64,000 nt of DNA, from IMG/VR virus record IMGVR_UViG_3300017963_000201, positions 1 to 64,000 of that record, one strand, 5' to 3'. The first letter of the stretch is position 1; each line of letters opens with the position of its first letter. The DNA is from a virus. A program made the position numbers and the translations under genes. The notes beneath the pieces were generated by a model. It searched no databases. It had not been told where the DNA came from and saw only the letters and a list, made by a program, of their open reading frames with translations. This document shows positions 21,231 through 30,989 of this stretch, piece after piece.

Positions 21231-22271
21231 CTAGCACCCTTCACCGATCTCAAACTTAGGACCGAACCTAGAATAGTATGCAACCTCCTTATTAGAGGCC
21301 GGAACATAATCCCATGGATTAAATCCATACCAAAGACCCCAAAACGGAGTACCACAGTATTTTGCAGGGCACGGGGTTGGTCCATTAGTCAATCGAATAT
21401 TACCCTCTTTCAAATTACCCAAACGCCTACCCCGCAAACCATAACAGCGAGAAACGTTACCATCAATGTCCATAAATAAAAAACTATTGCCAGCATCACA
21501 CTGCATGCCGTGAAAGAAGCCAGCACCGTTAGCATACATCCGCTGTTCCTCAGCTCTATACTTATTAATTTTTCTAAGTACCCGTCTATGTTTAACCGTA
21601 TAAGCTTGAGGATAAGCCCCTCTATGATCCTTAATACTTCCCGGCTTTCCCCTAATAAAAGGCCATGTTAATACAGGCGATCCTGCAGGTATCATCTTTT
21701 TTAGTCTCTTTATTTTATCTTCATACCCACCAACCTCCCAGGGACAAACAACGGTCTTAAGAATCATCGTGTAACCACGTCGCCATCCATAACTAAAATT
21801 TTTCATATATAGATCTTGCGCTTTCTTGTCTTTATCTAAGCGCCAACCATGGTAGGTTGCTGTTACTTGACCTAACATATCTGGATCTACTTTATCAATA
21901 GAGGAAGCAAATCTACTGTTAGTTAAATTAGTATGAAGTTCTACTTGAATGTTTTCCTTATTTAGGGCTACAATTAAAGGCCCAATCTGCTTTACCAAGG
22001 TAGGTTCGCCACCACTAATCGTAATATATATATTTTTATGGTATTTATCTCGTACTTTTTTAAATCCATCTACTACTTTACTAATCCCACCCATCTTATC
22101 AATCAAGGTAGGAACTGAAGTTTTACTCTTCCAGCCAATGCAGTAGGGACAACCCATAACACAATGATGAGTAATAACCCAAACCCAGTTCAGTCCATCA
22201 GGATCTCTTCTATTAGGGTAGTCACCTAACTGAAAATCACCATTCGGAAGCTTGTAAATATGCCGCTTCAT
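21231..22271 (-). CDS. Radical SAM protein with SPASM/twitch-like C-terminus
   Basis: CVMGCPYC (CxxxCxxC), SGGEPT, HTN, CDAG...DIDGNVSRC. Confidence 0.88.
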   Translation of the reverse strand: MKRHIYKLPNGDFQLGDYPNRRDPDGLNWVWVITHHCVMGCPYCIGWKSKTSVPTLIDKMGGISKVVDGFKKVRDKYHKNIYITISGGEPTLVKQIGPLIVALNKENIQVELHTNLTNSRFASSIDKVDPDMLGQVTATYHGWRLDKDKKAQDLYMKNFSYGWRRGYTMILKTVVCPWEVGGYEDKIKRLKKMIPAGSPVLTWPFIRGKPGSIKDHRGAYPQAYTVKHRRVLRKINKYRAEEQRMYANGAGFFHGMQCDAGNSFLFMDIDGNVSRCYGLRGRRLGNLKEGNIRLTNGPTPCPAKYCGTPFWGLWYGFNPWDYVPASNKEVAYYSRFGPKFEIGEGC

Positions 22272-23155
22272 GTCTGACTCCTTGGAAACAAATCAAAGGA
22301 ACGAGCCCAAGTAAAGAATGAATTTTTAATTTCTTCTAAATAAGTAACGTACACATCGGGCGTACAGTACTTAAGAGGGAAATTTTTTCCTATGGGATTT
22401 ATCTTAATACCAAAATACTTCAACAAAGAAAATCTTGAATCATTATTATCACCAAAAAATAATACAGGTTTTCTCTGGGACATAGCCGGTAATATCCCAT
22501 GCAATCTACCAGTGAATACACGAGAGCTTCTTGAGTATTGACGTAAAGCTATACTTGGATTACCATAATCAAATATATGGCTAGTCACATTCTTAGCAAA
22601 CTTCCTAGAAAATTTGTTCTCTTGAATCGCAATAACTTTTTTCCCCGGAAGTCTATTAAACATATTAATCTGCCAATTTACTAGATCCCTAGCGAAACCA
22701 AGAATTGTATACCCTTCGGGGGTTAAGTCTAAGGGATCAAAATAAGCAGTAGGGCACCCAACAAATGTAGCAGGGATACCACATTTTTTACAGACTGATA
22801 CAGTTTCCGGATCTCTACAACCAATTGGGGGTGTGATATATTTAATAACTTCAGTATAATACTTAAATCTAGGGCCCCAACCACTTGCAGAAATACAAAT
22901 TTTTGGTACATTGATCTTTGGCAAAATAGCCATTGCATCGCTATTTCTCGGTGCTTTAGCCAGTATAGTCGATCCGGGGAGCAAAACAAAATCGCAAGAG
23001 TTTAGCCTAGCAATAGCCTTATTATCAGGGATCGAGAACATAGAATATGACACATGCGGTTTTGGTATATCCAAAAGAGTAGTTATAGCATGCTCAATTA
23101 ATCTATTACCCAAGTTGCCTTTTGGCTGATCTATAGTAATAAGACCATATTTCAT
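22268..23155 (-). CDS. Polysaccharide pyruvyl transferase family protein
   Basis: GNLGNRLI, IGCRDPET, FVGCPT, TGRLHG. Confidence 0.8.
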   Translation of the reverse strand: MKYGLITIDQPKGNLGNRLIEHAITTLLDIPKPHVSYSMFSIPDNKAIARLNSCDFVLLPGSTILAKAPRNSDAMAILPKINVPKICISASGWGPRFKYYTEVIKYITPPIGCRDPETVSVCKKCGIPATFVGCPTAYFDPLDLTPEGYTILGFARDLVNWQINMFNRLPGKKVIAIQENKFSRKFAKNVTSHIFDYGNPSIALRQYSRSSRVFTGRLHGILPAMSQRKPVLFFGDNNDSRFSLLKYFGIKINPIGKNFPLKYCTPDVYVTYLEEIKNSFFTWARSFDLFPRSQT

Positions 23156-23156
23156 A

Positions 23157-23897
23157 TTATTCCTTTTTTCCAGTACGCCTGTACTGCCAATACCTAGCAC
23201 GGTTTAATTTCAAAGTATTTTTTTGCACCGCAGAAAGCCCATCTCTGTTCATTAGTTCCTGCCACGTAGGGTGATATAAGTGAACCGGCATTGCCTTTAC
23301 TTTATGGGACTTCATCCCAAACCTAGTTAACCTAAGAAATATGTCATTATCTTCAGCCCCCCACCCTCGATAAGTCTCATCAAATAAACCCACAGAATCC
23401 ACAACCGATCTCAAAATACACTGATGACTGTGGCAATTGGGTAATGGAGGCTTTATGCATTTCTTTTGCTTCATCAAAGCCAAGTGCTCTCCCGATTTTT
23501 TAATCTTCGGATCAGTGTTGTAAAATTCACTGTAAGTAAAAACAGTAGAAGATGCATGATTAAGATGATCTTTTAAATAAAATTTAGGTATAACGCAGTC
23601 CGAATCCACAAATAAAACATAATTCCCCGATGCAACATTAATCCCACAATTCAAAGCACGACCACGAGCCCATATCCTATCATCCCTATCCACTCTAACG
23701 TATTTTGCTCCATACTTATCAGCCATTTTATTAATACGAAGTGCGTATTTGGAAGCACTAATGTAGTCAACCAAAATAATCTCATACGATGGATGATTTT
23801 GCATATTTGCAGCATGCAAACAGAAATCCAAATGCTCCAAGTATACTAGAAAAGTATCTGATCTAACTTGAATCGGAATTATAATTGAAGCATCCAA
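23157..23897 (-). CDS. Glycosyltransferase family 2
   Basis: LVDYIS, FVDSDC, FDETYRGWGAEDND. Confidence 0.88.
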   Translation of the reverse strand: MDASIIIPIQVRSDTFLVYLEHLDFCLHAANMQNHPSYEIILVDYISASKYALRINKMADKYGAKYVRVDRDDRIWARGRALNCGINVASGNYVLFVDSDCVIPKFYLKDHLNHASSTVFTYSEFYNTDPKIKKSGEHLALMKQKKCIKPPLPNCHSHQCILRSVVDSVGLFDETYRGWGAEDNDIFLRLTRFGMKSHKVKAMPVHLYHPTWQELMNRDGLSAVQKNTLKLNRARYWQYRRTGKKE

Positions 23898-23904
23898 ATT
23901 ACCC

Positions 23905-24609
23905 TCAAAAACGATTATAATATAGATTGTTTATAAACAAGGCATCTCCAGCCGTAAGTTTACCCAACTTATGAGTAGAAAGATTATATAGATTAAAAAG
24001 CTGAAATCCGTAACCCTCAAGCAAACTATTAATCTCACAAAAAAGAGGTTGATCTTTATAAGCTGCATAAAACATAACTTCAGTTACAATAATCTTAATT
24101 CGATCCATAACAGTACCAATACCATTAATAGCACCAACCTCCCCTCCTTGTATATCCAGCTTAATCATATCAGCCTTTGGTACCATCTTATCAATCCTAA
24201 CCATAGGGACATTAACCGTATCAACTATTTCAACTCGTTGCCCATTATAACGAGCAGATTGAGCACTAGGAGATAACACAGATCCAGTACCTATATATTT
24301 TGTTATATTAAATTTAGTAGACCCATTAACTTCACCAAGAGCAAAATTATAAACTTTAACATTGATCTTATCCCTAAACTGCTTTCTCAGACCTTTTGCT
24401 AAATCTGGGCGACCCTCAAATGCATGAACAACACAGTTAGGCCATAGTTTTAAAAAAGTCTGTGTCGTTGATCCTACACAAGCTCCACCATCAACTATAG
24501 TTGGTTTTTTTATACCAACTAAAGATAATAAAGCCCGAGCATCATGATAAATACTACGTTTGGCCATTTTACCATGAACTCCAGGGACAGAGGCAGTTAC
24601 TTTACCCAT
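23905..24609 (-). CDS. FkbM-family methyltransferase
   Basis: VDGGACVG, HAFE, MIKLDIQGGE. Confidence 0.9.
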   Translation of the reverse strand: MGKVTASVPGVHGKMAKRSIYHDARALLSLVGIKKPTIVDGGACVGSTTQTFLKLWPNCVVHAFEGRPDLAKGLRKQFRDKINVKVYNFALGEVNGSTKFNITKYIGTGSVLSPSAQSARYNGQRVEIVDTVNVPMVRIDKMVPKADMIKLDIQGGEVGAINGIGTVMDRIKIIVTEVMFYAAYKDQPLFCEINSLLEGYGFQLFNLYNLSTHKLGKLTAGDALFINNLYYNRF

Positions 24610-25282
24610 TATATACTCTCCGGATATTCTTTTTACGCAAACTAATCAAATCTTTTTTATTCTTTCGATCTTTCAACCACACAAAAAGATACATACCAGT
24701 GTATAAAGGGTAGGAAAATTTTACATCCACCTTACTACTATGGACATTAGAATCATAATTAAATTGATCTTTAGGAGATTCCCATGGGTGAATACACGCA
24801 GCCTGAGAAGAATTAACTGGACCATACCTAACTAAGGAATACTGACTAATGCCCAAATCATTAAGCATGGATATCAATAGAGTTGAGGTTACATGCGTAG
24901 GGTGCCCAACCCAATTAGACCAATAAAAGCGCAAATTATGGGATTCCAAAAGTTTGTCAAAATCGAAGCACGGACCTTCAATATAAATATACTCATCAGC
25001 CGTTTGCAAAGCTTTACTCAAAACTGAATATACCATGTCCGTAGACTTCAAATGCTCCAAAAAGTGCCCCATCGTTACAACCCTAACACACTTTCTAGGT
25101 AGATCTAATGCGGTCACATCTTGCAATAAACAAGGAATACCAATTTTATTTAAATTTTTTACTTTATGCGGATTAAGATCAAACCCCAAACCTTTTTTTA
25201 ACTTCATCTTTTTCCTAGCAAACTCATAGCAATAACCCTTACCTGTACCGAAGTCAAAAAAGTCATATCCAGTAAACTGCAT
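24602..25282 (-). CDS. SAM-dependent methyltransferase
   Basis: FDFGTGKG, GFD, HFLEHL. Confidence 0.75.
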   Translation of the reverse strand: MQFTGYDFFDFGTGKGYCYEFARKKMKLKKGLGFDLNPHKVKNLNKIGIPCLLQDVTALDLPRKCVRVVTMGHFLEHLKSTDMVYSVLSKALQTADEYIYIEGPCFDFDKLLESHNLRFYWSNWVGHPTHVTSTLLISMLNDLGISQYSLVRYGPVNSSQAACIHPWESPKDQFNYDSNVHSSKVDVKFSYPLYTGMYLFVWLKDRKNKKDLISLRKKNIRRVYNG

Positions 25283-25355
25283 AGAAACTCCTAGCTACGA
25301 TTCTTAGCCCGATTATCCCCCACGATCATACTTAAAATTAAATTAATGTTTAAAA

Positions 25356-26267
25356 TTATTGAAGTATGTGTAAAAAGTATTGTTCAAGCTCTTCAGTAAC
25401 ATTATCCCAGGAAAACTTAGGATCTTGGGATGTGACTAAGCCATTTCGCCTAAGTTTGGCTCTCAGATTCTTATCACCTAACAAAATAGATGCCCCTGTC
25501 TGAAGTCCAGAATGGCTTCTAGATACCACCACAGCATTGTACCCTGACTTGATATAGTCCTGACTTCCCCCGTCGTCAGTAGTAACTACAGGGCAGCCAC
25601 AAGCCATTGCTTCTAACTGCATAAAAGAAAACCCCTCCATTTGATTCGCCGAAACAAATATCGTAGACTGGTTATACAGCTCGTGGATCTTATCCTGAGG
25701 CGTATTCAATCCGTGCATCTTAAGTAGCTTATATCCCCGCAAAGACCCTTCCACCAGATGACCACCCTTCCAAGGTCTTGGTGATCCATAATATAGAATG
25801 TCATACTTTTTAGGAGTCTTCGGTACAAATTTAAAATGCTCAGGGTTAATACCCCCAGGGATGATAGGAATATGCTCTTTTACTTTTCTAAAACGCTTTA
25901 TATAGTTGGCAGAGAAAGTAGAATTTGCTAAAAAATGAAAATTCTGCCGAAGTGCTTTGATTGGGATGTTCGGATCTTTATACAAAGCCTCGGGGGCCAA
26001 AACCCAAAACACCCGCATCCTAGCTTTAGTTTCTATGGCTACTGGGTATTGCTCTGCAAGATTAAACAAAGCAATGTCGTAGACACGATGAGGTAACTTA
26101 GAAATCTTTTCTACTTCAACATCGCTTTCCATCCAGCCGCACGGTCTTCCGGGTGGGGTATAAATTCTAACAAAGTGCCCACGTTTTTTTAATCTATTAG
26201 CAACTTCTATAATTCTTCTAATACCCCCCACACACAATAAATGCGGTTCGATAAAACATATTCTCAT
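25356..26267 (-). CDS. Glycosyltransferase family 4
   Basis: GGIRRI, EGFSFMQLEAMACGCPVV. Confidence 0.92.
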   Translation of the reverse strand: MRICFIEPHLLCVGGIRRIIEVANRLKKRGHFVRIYTPPGRPCGWMESDVEVEKISKLPHRVYDIALFNLAEQYPVAIETKARMRVFWVLAPEALYKDPNIPIKALRQNFHFLANSTFSANYIKRFRKVKEHIPIIPGGINPEHFKFVPKTPKKYDILYYGSPRPWKGGHLVEGSLRGYKLLKMHGLNTPQDKIHELYNQSTIFVSANQMEGFSFMQLEAMACGCPVVTTDDGGSQDYIKSGYNAVVVSRSHSGLQTGASILLGDKNLRAKLRRNGLVTSQDPKFSWDNVTEELEQYFLHILQ

Positions 26268-27259
26268 TGAATGATACCTTTGACTGCAGCAATAAAGTTA
26301 TTAACACACTTACTCCATGTAAAGCGTTTTACTAGCTGTAAACCATTAGACACTAATCTACTTCTTTTTTCTGAATCACGGAGTAACTGAATTACTGAGT
26401 CCGCAAGAGCCTCTTTATTTCTTGGGGGAATTAACAAACAATTGTAATCATTTTTCAGATACTCATCAAGGCCAAAATTTCGTACTGAAACAACGGGAGT
26501 ACCACAAGCCATTGCTTCCAAGGTAGGAAGCCCAAAACCTTCATTAATAGACGGTGATACCCACACAGTACAAGAAGAATAAATATGAGGCAAAACTTGC
26601 TGTGGTGGATTTATTATAAGACTGTGCGGGCTTAATAATTTATGGAACTGGGTAGTGTCTTTCGGTGTCTTTGCAGATAAATATAAGAACAGAGTTCTAG
26701 GGAAGTTCTTAATAATACGATGAGACGCTGCCATAAAAACATCAGAGGATTTAGCAGATGATTCATGATACAAAGTACCCACTACAGGAACAGCTTTAGT
26801 AGGAAGATGGTGCGACACAAAATAGTCATCTACCCCAGGATGAACGACGTAGATCTTAGTATGCCTAGCTTGTCTAGCAACTTGTGCTAACCAAGCAGAA
26901 GTAGCAATAATCCCATCGTAGCGAAAATTAAGATTAGCCACCTCCTTTGCATAATCCTGCGTACCAAACCCTTGAAGAAATAATATATGAGGAACATCAG
27001 GCATGCTCCCAAAAGATACCCCATCAGCAAAATTAATCAAAACATCGCACGGGGGTATTGTATATCTATTGGGCTCAGATACCTCAACGATCTCATACGG
27101 AGGGTTCTTAGGCCCATACCAAAGAATCTGCTTTGGAGAATATTTATAGGCACCGACTATAACACTATGACCCGCATTAGCCACATGATGAGCTAATCGC
27201 AAAATAACTTTGGTCCCCCCAGACAACTTAGTATGAGGGCACATAAAAGTAAATCTCAT
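26264..27259 (-). CDS. Glycosyltransferase family 4
   Basis: SGGTKVI, EGFGLPTLEAMACGTPVV. Confidence 0.92.
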   Translation of the reverse strand: MRFTFMCPHTKLSGGTKVILRLAHHVANAGHSVIVGAYKYSPKQILWYGPKNPPYEIVEVSEPNRYTIPPCDVLINFADGVSFGSMPDVPHILFLQGFGTQDYAKEVANLNFRYDGIIATSAWLAQVARQARHTKIYVVHPGVDDYFVSHHLPTKAVPVVGTLYHESSAKSSDVFMAASHRIIKNFPRTLFLYLSAKTPKDTTQFHKLLSPHSLIINPPQQVLPHIYSSCTVWVSPSINEGFGLPTLEAMACGTPVVSVRNFGLDEYLKNDYNCLLIPPRNKEALADSVIQLLRDSEKRSRLVSNGLQLVKRFTWSKCVNNFIAAVKGIIQ

Positions 27260-27894
27260 ATCTTTTTCCCCCTATCTGCCCAATACAACTTACGAGCAAT
27301 TTTTCTTTCTTTGTCTGCATCATACTTATGAGCATTGACACTAGCTTCGCCTTTATGATAGACAAAAGCATCCTTACGCCATGCAACTTTATATCCTAAC
27401 CTCTGGGCACGATCAATGAAGTCACTCTCTTGCCCATAAAGCTTGTACTTAGGATTGAATCCTCCTAATTCTGTCCAGAGTGCTTTTCTAAATACTAAAC
27501 AGAAACCACTAATAGGATCTTTCATAATCTCGATTTTTCCCTCATACTTGGTTGCTTCTTCGTAGGTAGCTATTCTTTTTTGTGGGCTATGGCAATTATT
27601 AGTAGACGGGCCTACAAATGCAATCTTTTTGTCAGATCCCAAAGGGTCAATTAGTTTCTTAAGCCAACCTGGATACACAATAGTATCCGAATTCAATAAG
27701 CAAACATACTTCAATGGGCTTTTATCGATAAGAAAATTCCAAACTTCAGTAAGGCTCAACCCACTACCATAATTGTCAAAAAAGGTTAATAGATAAGGAT
27801 AGTTTGTATTTTTTATAATGCTACCGACACAAGCATGCTCAATCTTAGGTACCTTGTAGCCCACAACAATAATATTGACAGCATTACCGTTCAT
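27256..27894 (-). CDS. Glycosyltransferase family 2
   Basis: LLNSDTIV, ISGFCL, GGFNPKY..YGQESDF. Confidence 0.85.
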   Translation of the reverse strand: MNGNAVNIIVVGYKVPKIEHACVGSIIKNTNYPYLLTFFDNYGSGLSLTEVWNFLIDKSPLKYVCLLNSDTIVYPGWLKKLIDPLGSDKKIAFVGPSTNNCHSPQKRIATYEEATKYEGKIEIMKDPISGFCLVFRKALWTELGGFNPKYKLYGQESDFIDRAQRLGYKVAWRKDAFVYHKGEASVNAHKYDADKERKIARKLYWADRGKKI

Positions 27895-28589
27895 AATTCA
27901 TCTTCCTCACCTTGGACTAACCACCCCCTACCCAGTATATTTATAGGATATAGCTTAGTAGTTCTGTTAAATACTCGTATCTGTTTTTCAGCCAAGGAGT
28001 TGAGTAAAACTTCACCTTTCCTGAGACTCACCTCAGTCCACAACAATTTAGCAATACCATAGGCATCGTATAGATCTTCACTAACTTCAGTGTTGTTAGC
28101 TTTTGACGTAGGATCATAAGGGCGAAAATCCACACCCCACTTTTTCTTAATCGCACGACCCATCATAAACTTGTCCGCATGGCCATGATCCGCAGAAAAC
28201 ATTTTTACAGAAAAAGGATCATATAAACGCAAAGGTATTCTTTTTCGAAAGCATACCATACGAGCAATAGCCCCAATCTCGCCAATATAATGAGATCGAC
28301 GCACTTTACCTAAAGCGTAGTCTTCAATCGCAACGTAATCCGGATGATGAAGATCTAACATACTACTCAGCATATTCTCCCAAACAAGCAGCCTGTACAA
28401 AGAAAAGAGCTGCCAATCCCCATGATCTTTTTTTATCTGCTTTAGCGGCAAGTGCCATAGATGCTCTTTTAGGTTTTTTTCTAGTGTATGCTTGTCTGAT
28501 ACAAACCAAAAGTTACTCAGTGCCCCATCCGTAAGCTCAACAATCCCTGAGTGATTTAATGAAATGTCCCAACCTTGAACCTTAGTCAT
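27891..28589 (-). CDS. RuvC-like Holliday junction resolvase
   Basis: GWDISLNHSG, VAIEDY, GHADK, EDLYDAYGIA acidic catalytic pattern. Confidence 0.8.
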   Translation of the reverse strand: MTKVQGWDISLNHSGIVELTDGALSNFWFVSDKHTLEKNLKEHLWHLPLKQIKKDHGDWQLFSLYRLLVWENMLSSMLDLHHPDYVAIEDYALGKVRRSHYIGEIGAIARMVCFRKRIPLRLYDPFSVKMFSADHGHADKFMMGRAIKKKWGVDFRPYDPTSKANNTEVSEDLYDAYGIAKLLWTEVSLRKGEVLLNSLAEKQIRVFNRTTKLYPINILGRGWLVQGEEDEL

Positions 28590-29154
28590 TACTAACTGCC
28601 TCAAACACAGGAACATAATGCTTATCACCGCTCAAAGGAGGATAACTCTCCACCTCAATCAACAAATCTTTAAAATGATCAGGACTATCATGTGCAATAA
28701 AATGACTATTCAATAGATAGTCAAGTAAAGCAAAAGAACTGGTCAATACGTTGTGAGATTTTGTATAGAATGAATAAGACGAAGGATCTTGTAAACCCAA
28801 GTTCGAATCCGCAATTGAGAAGTCTAACAAATTCATATCCAAGGGGTAACATGTCTTTTTTGGATCATCTATTTTAATTATGTCTTTGATACTTTGGATT
28901 CGGTAACATACTTCTTGCCTAGATCCATCAATAACCGTTACTAAGATTTTCAAAGCCCATGGATACTTCTTATGAATTAAAAAACCACCACGTTGTTCTT
29001 GACGTTGCGCTGCACTCTGCTCTGCATCTAGGATAGGTAGTTCGTGGAACTGATCAATACCATCCCAAGAAACCGTGTTAGAAAAGCACAGTAAATTTAG
29101 ATAATCTATTATATATTTCTGGGTCAATCTAAGAATCTGTCGATTCACGTCCAT
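28582..29154 (-). CDS. Hypothetical protein
   Basis: Packed, overlapping ORF in operon. Confidence 0.6.
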   Translation of the reverse strand: MDVNRQILRLTQKYIIDYLNLLCFSNTVSWDGIDQFHELPILDAEQSAAQRQEQRGGFLIHKKYPWALKILVTVIDGSRQEVCYRIQSIKDIIKIDDPKKTCYPLDMNLLDFSIADSNLGLQDPSSYSFYTKSHNVLTSSFALLDYLLNSHFIAHDSPDHFKDLLIEVESYPPLSGDKHYVPVFEAVSND

Positions 29155-29515
29155 TAGGATAATCCTTAAACATAGCTATTGATATTGGATCCTGCGAAAT
29201 AGAAGACCATTCTTTACTCAACCTGTCCCCTACTTTATAAATAGATAATTCTAAATTTTTTACTAGATCAAGAAGATCAAGTAGAGGTTTTGTATTAGGC
29301 ATCTTTCTGCCCTTTACCCGCGCACTATACTTAGCGTAACCCCGAATAGCATCCCCGATCTCTGCGTAATAATAATGACTAGTCCATACCGCCTGTTTAT
29401 CTTTTGTAATTCTTAACTTTTGAATAATGAAGGTATGGGTATCACTAACTAATCTTGTATGGCTATCGAGAAGACCTAGTATGTGATATCCAGTTGGTTT
29501 TTTCGCATCAGACAT
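29129..29515 (-). CDS. Hypothetical protein
   Basis: Packed ORF; likely start MSDAKK after AAGGA. Confidence 0.6.
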   Translation of the reverse strand: MSDAKKPTGYHILGLLDSHTRLVSDTHTFIIQKLRITKDKQAVWTSHYYYAEIGDAIRGYAKYSARVKGRKMPNTKPLLDLLDLVKNLELSIYKVGDRLSKEWSSISQDPISIAMFKDYPNGRESTDS

Positions 29516-29519
29516 TACA

Positions 29520-29978
29520 CTACTTCCTTTTTCCCCACGGACCATTGAGTATCGGGCTTGTTTTATTAATATTAGCCAGGTCATCAGCCGTAGGAACAGC
29601 CAATCCCGAGATTTGCATTCGCCAATCCTTGATCATACTTATGTATGGCCGTAAAATCTCTTGAGGCAGATCCTTACCAGTAATCTCGTAACCCGACCCT
29701 ACATTACATTCCCCCAAAATTTCTAAACCCGTCATATCAAACAGCATAGATTCCTGTTTACTGTGGATAGGATGAATAGGAGAAAAAGCAACATTGTGCC
29801 CAACTACCTGGTTATTTTGCCGCACAGGAAGGAGTAGCAAACCTTTAGGAAACCTAAGCTCAAGCCGACTAGATCCCCCTTTCCATAAATTAAGATTAAA
29901 CTCGTTAGCAATGCCCAACACAAGTTTGCCGGAGTACGTCTCACCGATACACAAAAAACTTTTAGACTCTTCGATCAT
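29520..29978 (-). CDS. Hypothetical protein
   Basis: GGGGTGA RBS, packed in operon. Confidence 0.6.
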   Translation of the reverse strand: MIEESKSFLCIGETYSGKLVLGIANEFNLNLWKGGSSRLELRFPKGLLLLPVRQNNQVVGHNVAFSPIHPIHSKQESMLFDMTGLEILGECNVGSGYEITGKDLPQEILRPYISMIKDWRMQISGLAVPTADDLANINKTSPILNGPWGKRK

Positions 29979-29987
29979 GAATCACCC

Positions 29988-30989
29988 CTAACTAGAAATA
30001 ATCTCGTCTATAGCATTTTTCCAAAGTTTATAGTTTTTGCTCATGTCGTAATTCTCAAGAACATAATTCTTAGCGTTATCCAACAAACGCATTCTAAGAT
30101 CAATATCCTCTACCAAGTACATAACGGCATCGTACCAATCCTTCGGATTATTAATCAGCAATCCAGTCTCACCATCCTCAATTGTTTCTTGATAAGGACC
30201 AAAATCAGAAGCAATGGTTACAGCACCTTGGGCTGTATATTCGATAAACTTAAGATTAGATTTTCCTCTATTAAAATTAATATAGGTAATAGGAGCAAGA
30301 CCAATATCAAAACTTAACTGACTAAACATCGCATGAAAGCATTCGAATGGCACAAAAGGAACCACGTAGGTATTCGGTATTCCCAGATCAATACGCCATA
30401 GCTTAATGTATACTTCATCTTCCCTGGCAAGTCTTTCGATAGCAGATTTTGCCAGAGCAACATCTTTTTCATGCGTGTGTGATCCTTGCCACCCAACCAC
30501 TGTCTTTGCTGAATTTTTAGGTGGTGTATGGAACGCACTTAATTCTAAAGAATTTGGCAACACATATATTCGTTTACAGTAGGGCTCATAGACTTCCTTT
30601 AGATTCTCCGTAGCAACAAATAACGCATCCACCTTTCCCAGAAAGTACTTAATGTTATCCTTTACCGCTTTTTTACCAAGGATATTATGCGCAGGATTCC
30701 AGGGCTCGACACAAAAAAGATTATCGTCTATCTCGTAAACTATCTTACAGCCTTTGGCCTGCATCCGAAGCATGTTCTCAAAAACTTCAGCTTTGTACTG
30801 CCTTTGAAAAATTGCTAAATCATATACCCCCAATTGATTAGTTTCCATTTTATCAGTAGGGTAAATATAATAATCTTCTTTATGATTCTGTGCCAAAAAC
30901 TTTAAGGGCAAGAAGAGACGGTGGTAGTAACAACTTCCATAGTCGGCACGGTAAGCAATAACCTTCTTCCGATCATCACTAAAATTCAT
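29988..30989 (-). CDS. Glycosyltransferase (GT4-like, phage type)
   Basis: YHRLFLP, VYEIDDNL, VGWQGSHTH, DIGLAP...FNRGKSNLKFIEY. Confidence 0.88.
   Translation of the reverse strand: MNFSDDRKKVIAYRADYGSCYYHRLFLPLKFLAQNHKEDYYIYPTDKMETNQLGVYDLAIFQRQYKAEVFENMLRMQAKGCKIVYEIDDNLFCVEPWNPAHNILGKKAVKDNIKYFLGKVDALFVATENLKEVYEPYCKRIYVLPNSLELSAFHTPPKNSAKTVVGWQGSHTHEKDVALAKSAIERLAREDEVYIKLWRIDLGIPNTYVVPFVPFECFHAMFSQLSFDIGLAPITYINFNRGKSNLKFIEYTAQGAVTIASDFGPYQETIEDGETGLLINNPKDWYDAVMYLVEDIDLRMRLLDNAKNYVLENYDMSKNYKLWKNAIDEIISS

Noticed and set aside
25299-25307. GATTCTTAG match (and TTCTTGTATTAT near 57464) to the predicted TnpB guide region
   Set aside because: Matches of 9-12 nt in AT-rich DNA without the expected adjacent motif; the second is better explained as a shared -10 promoter motif
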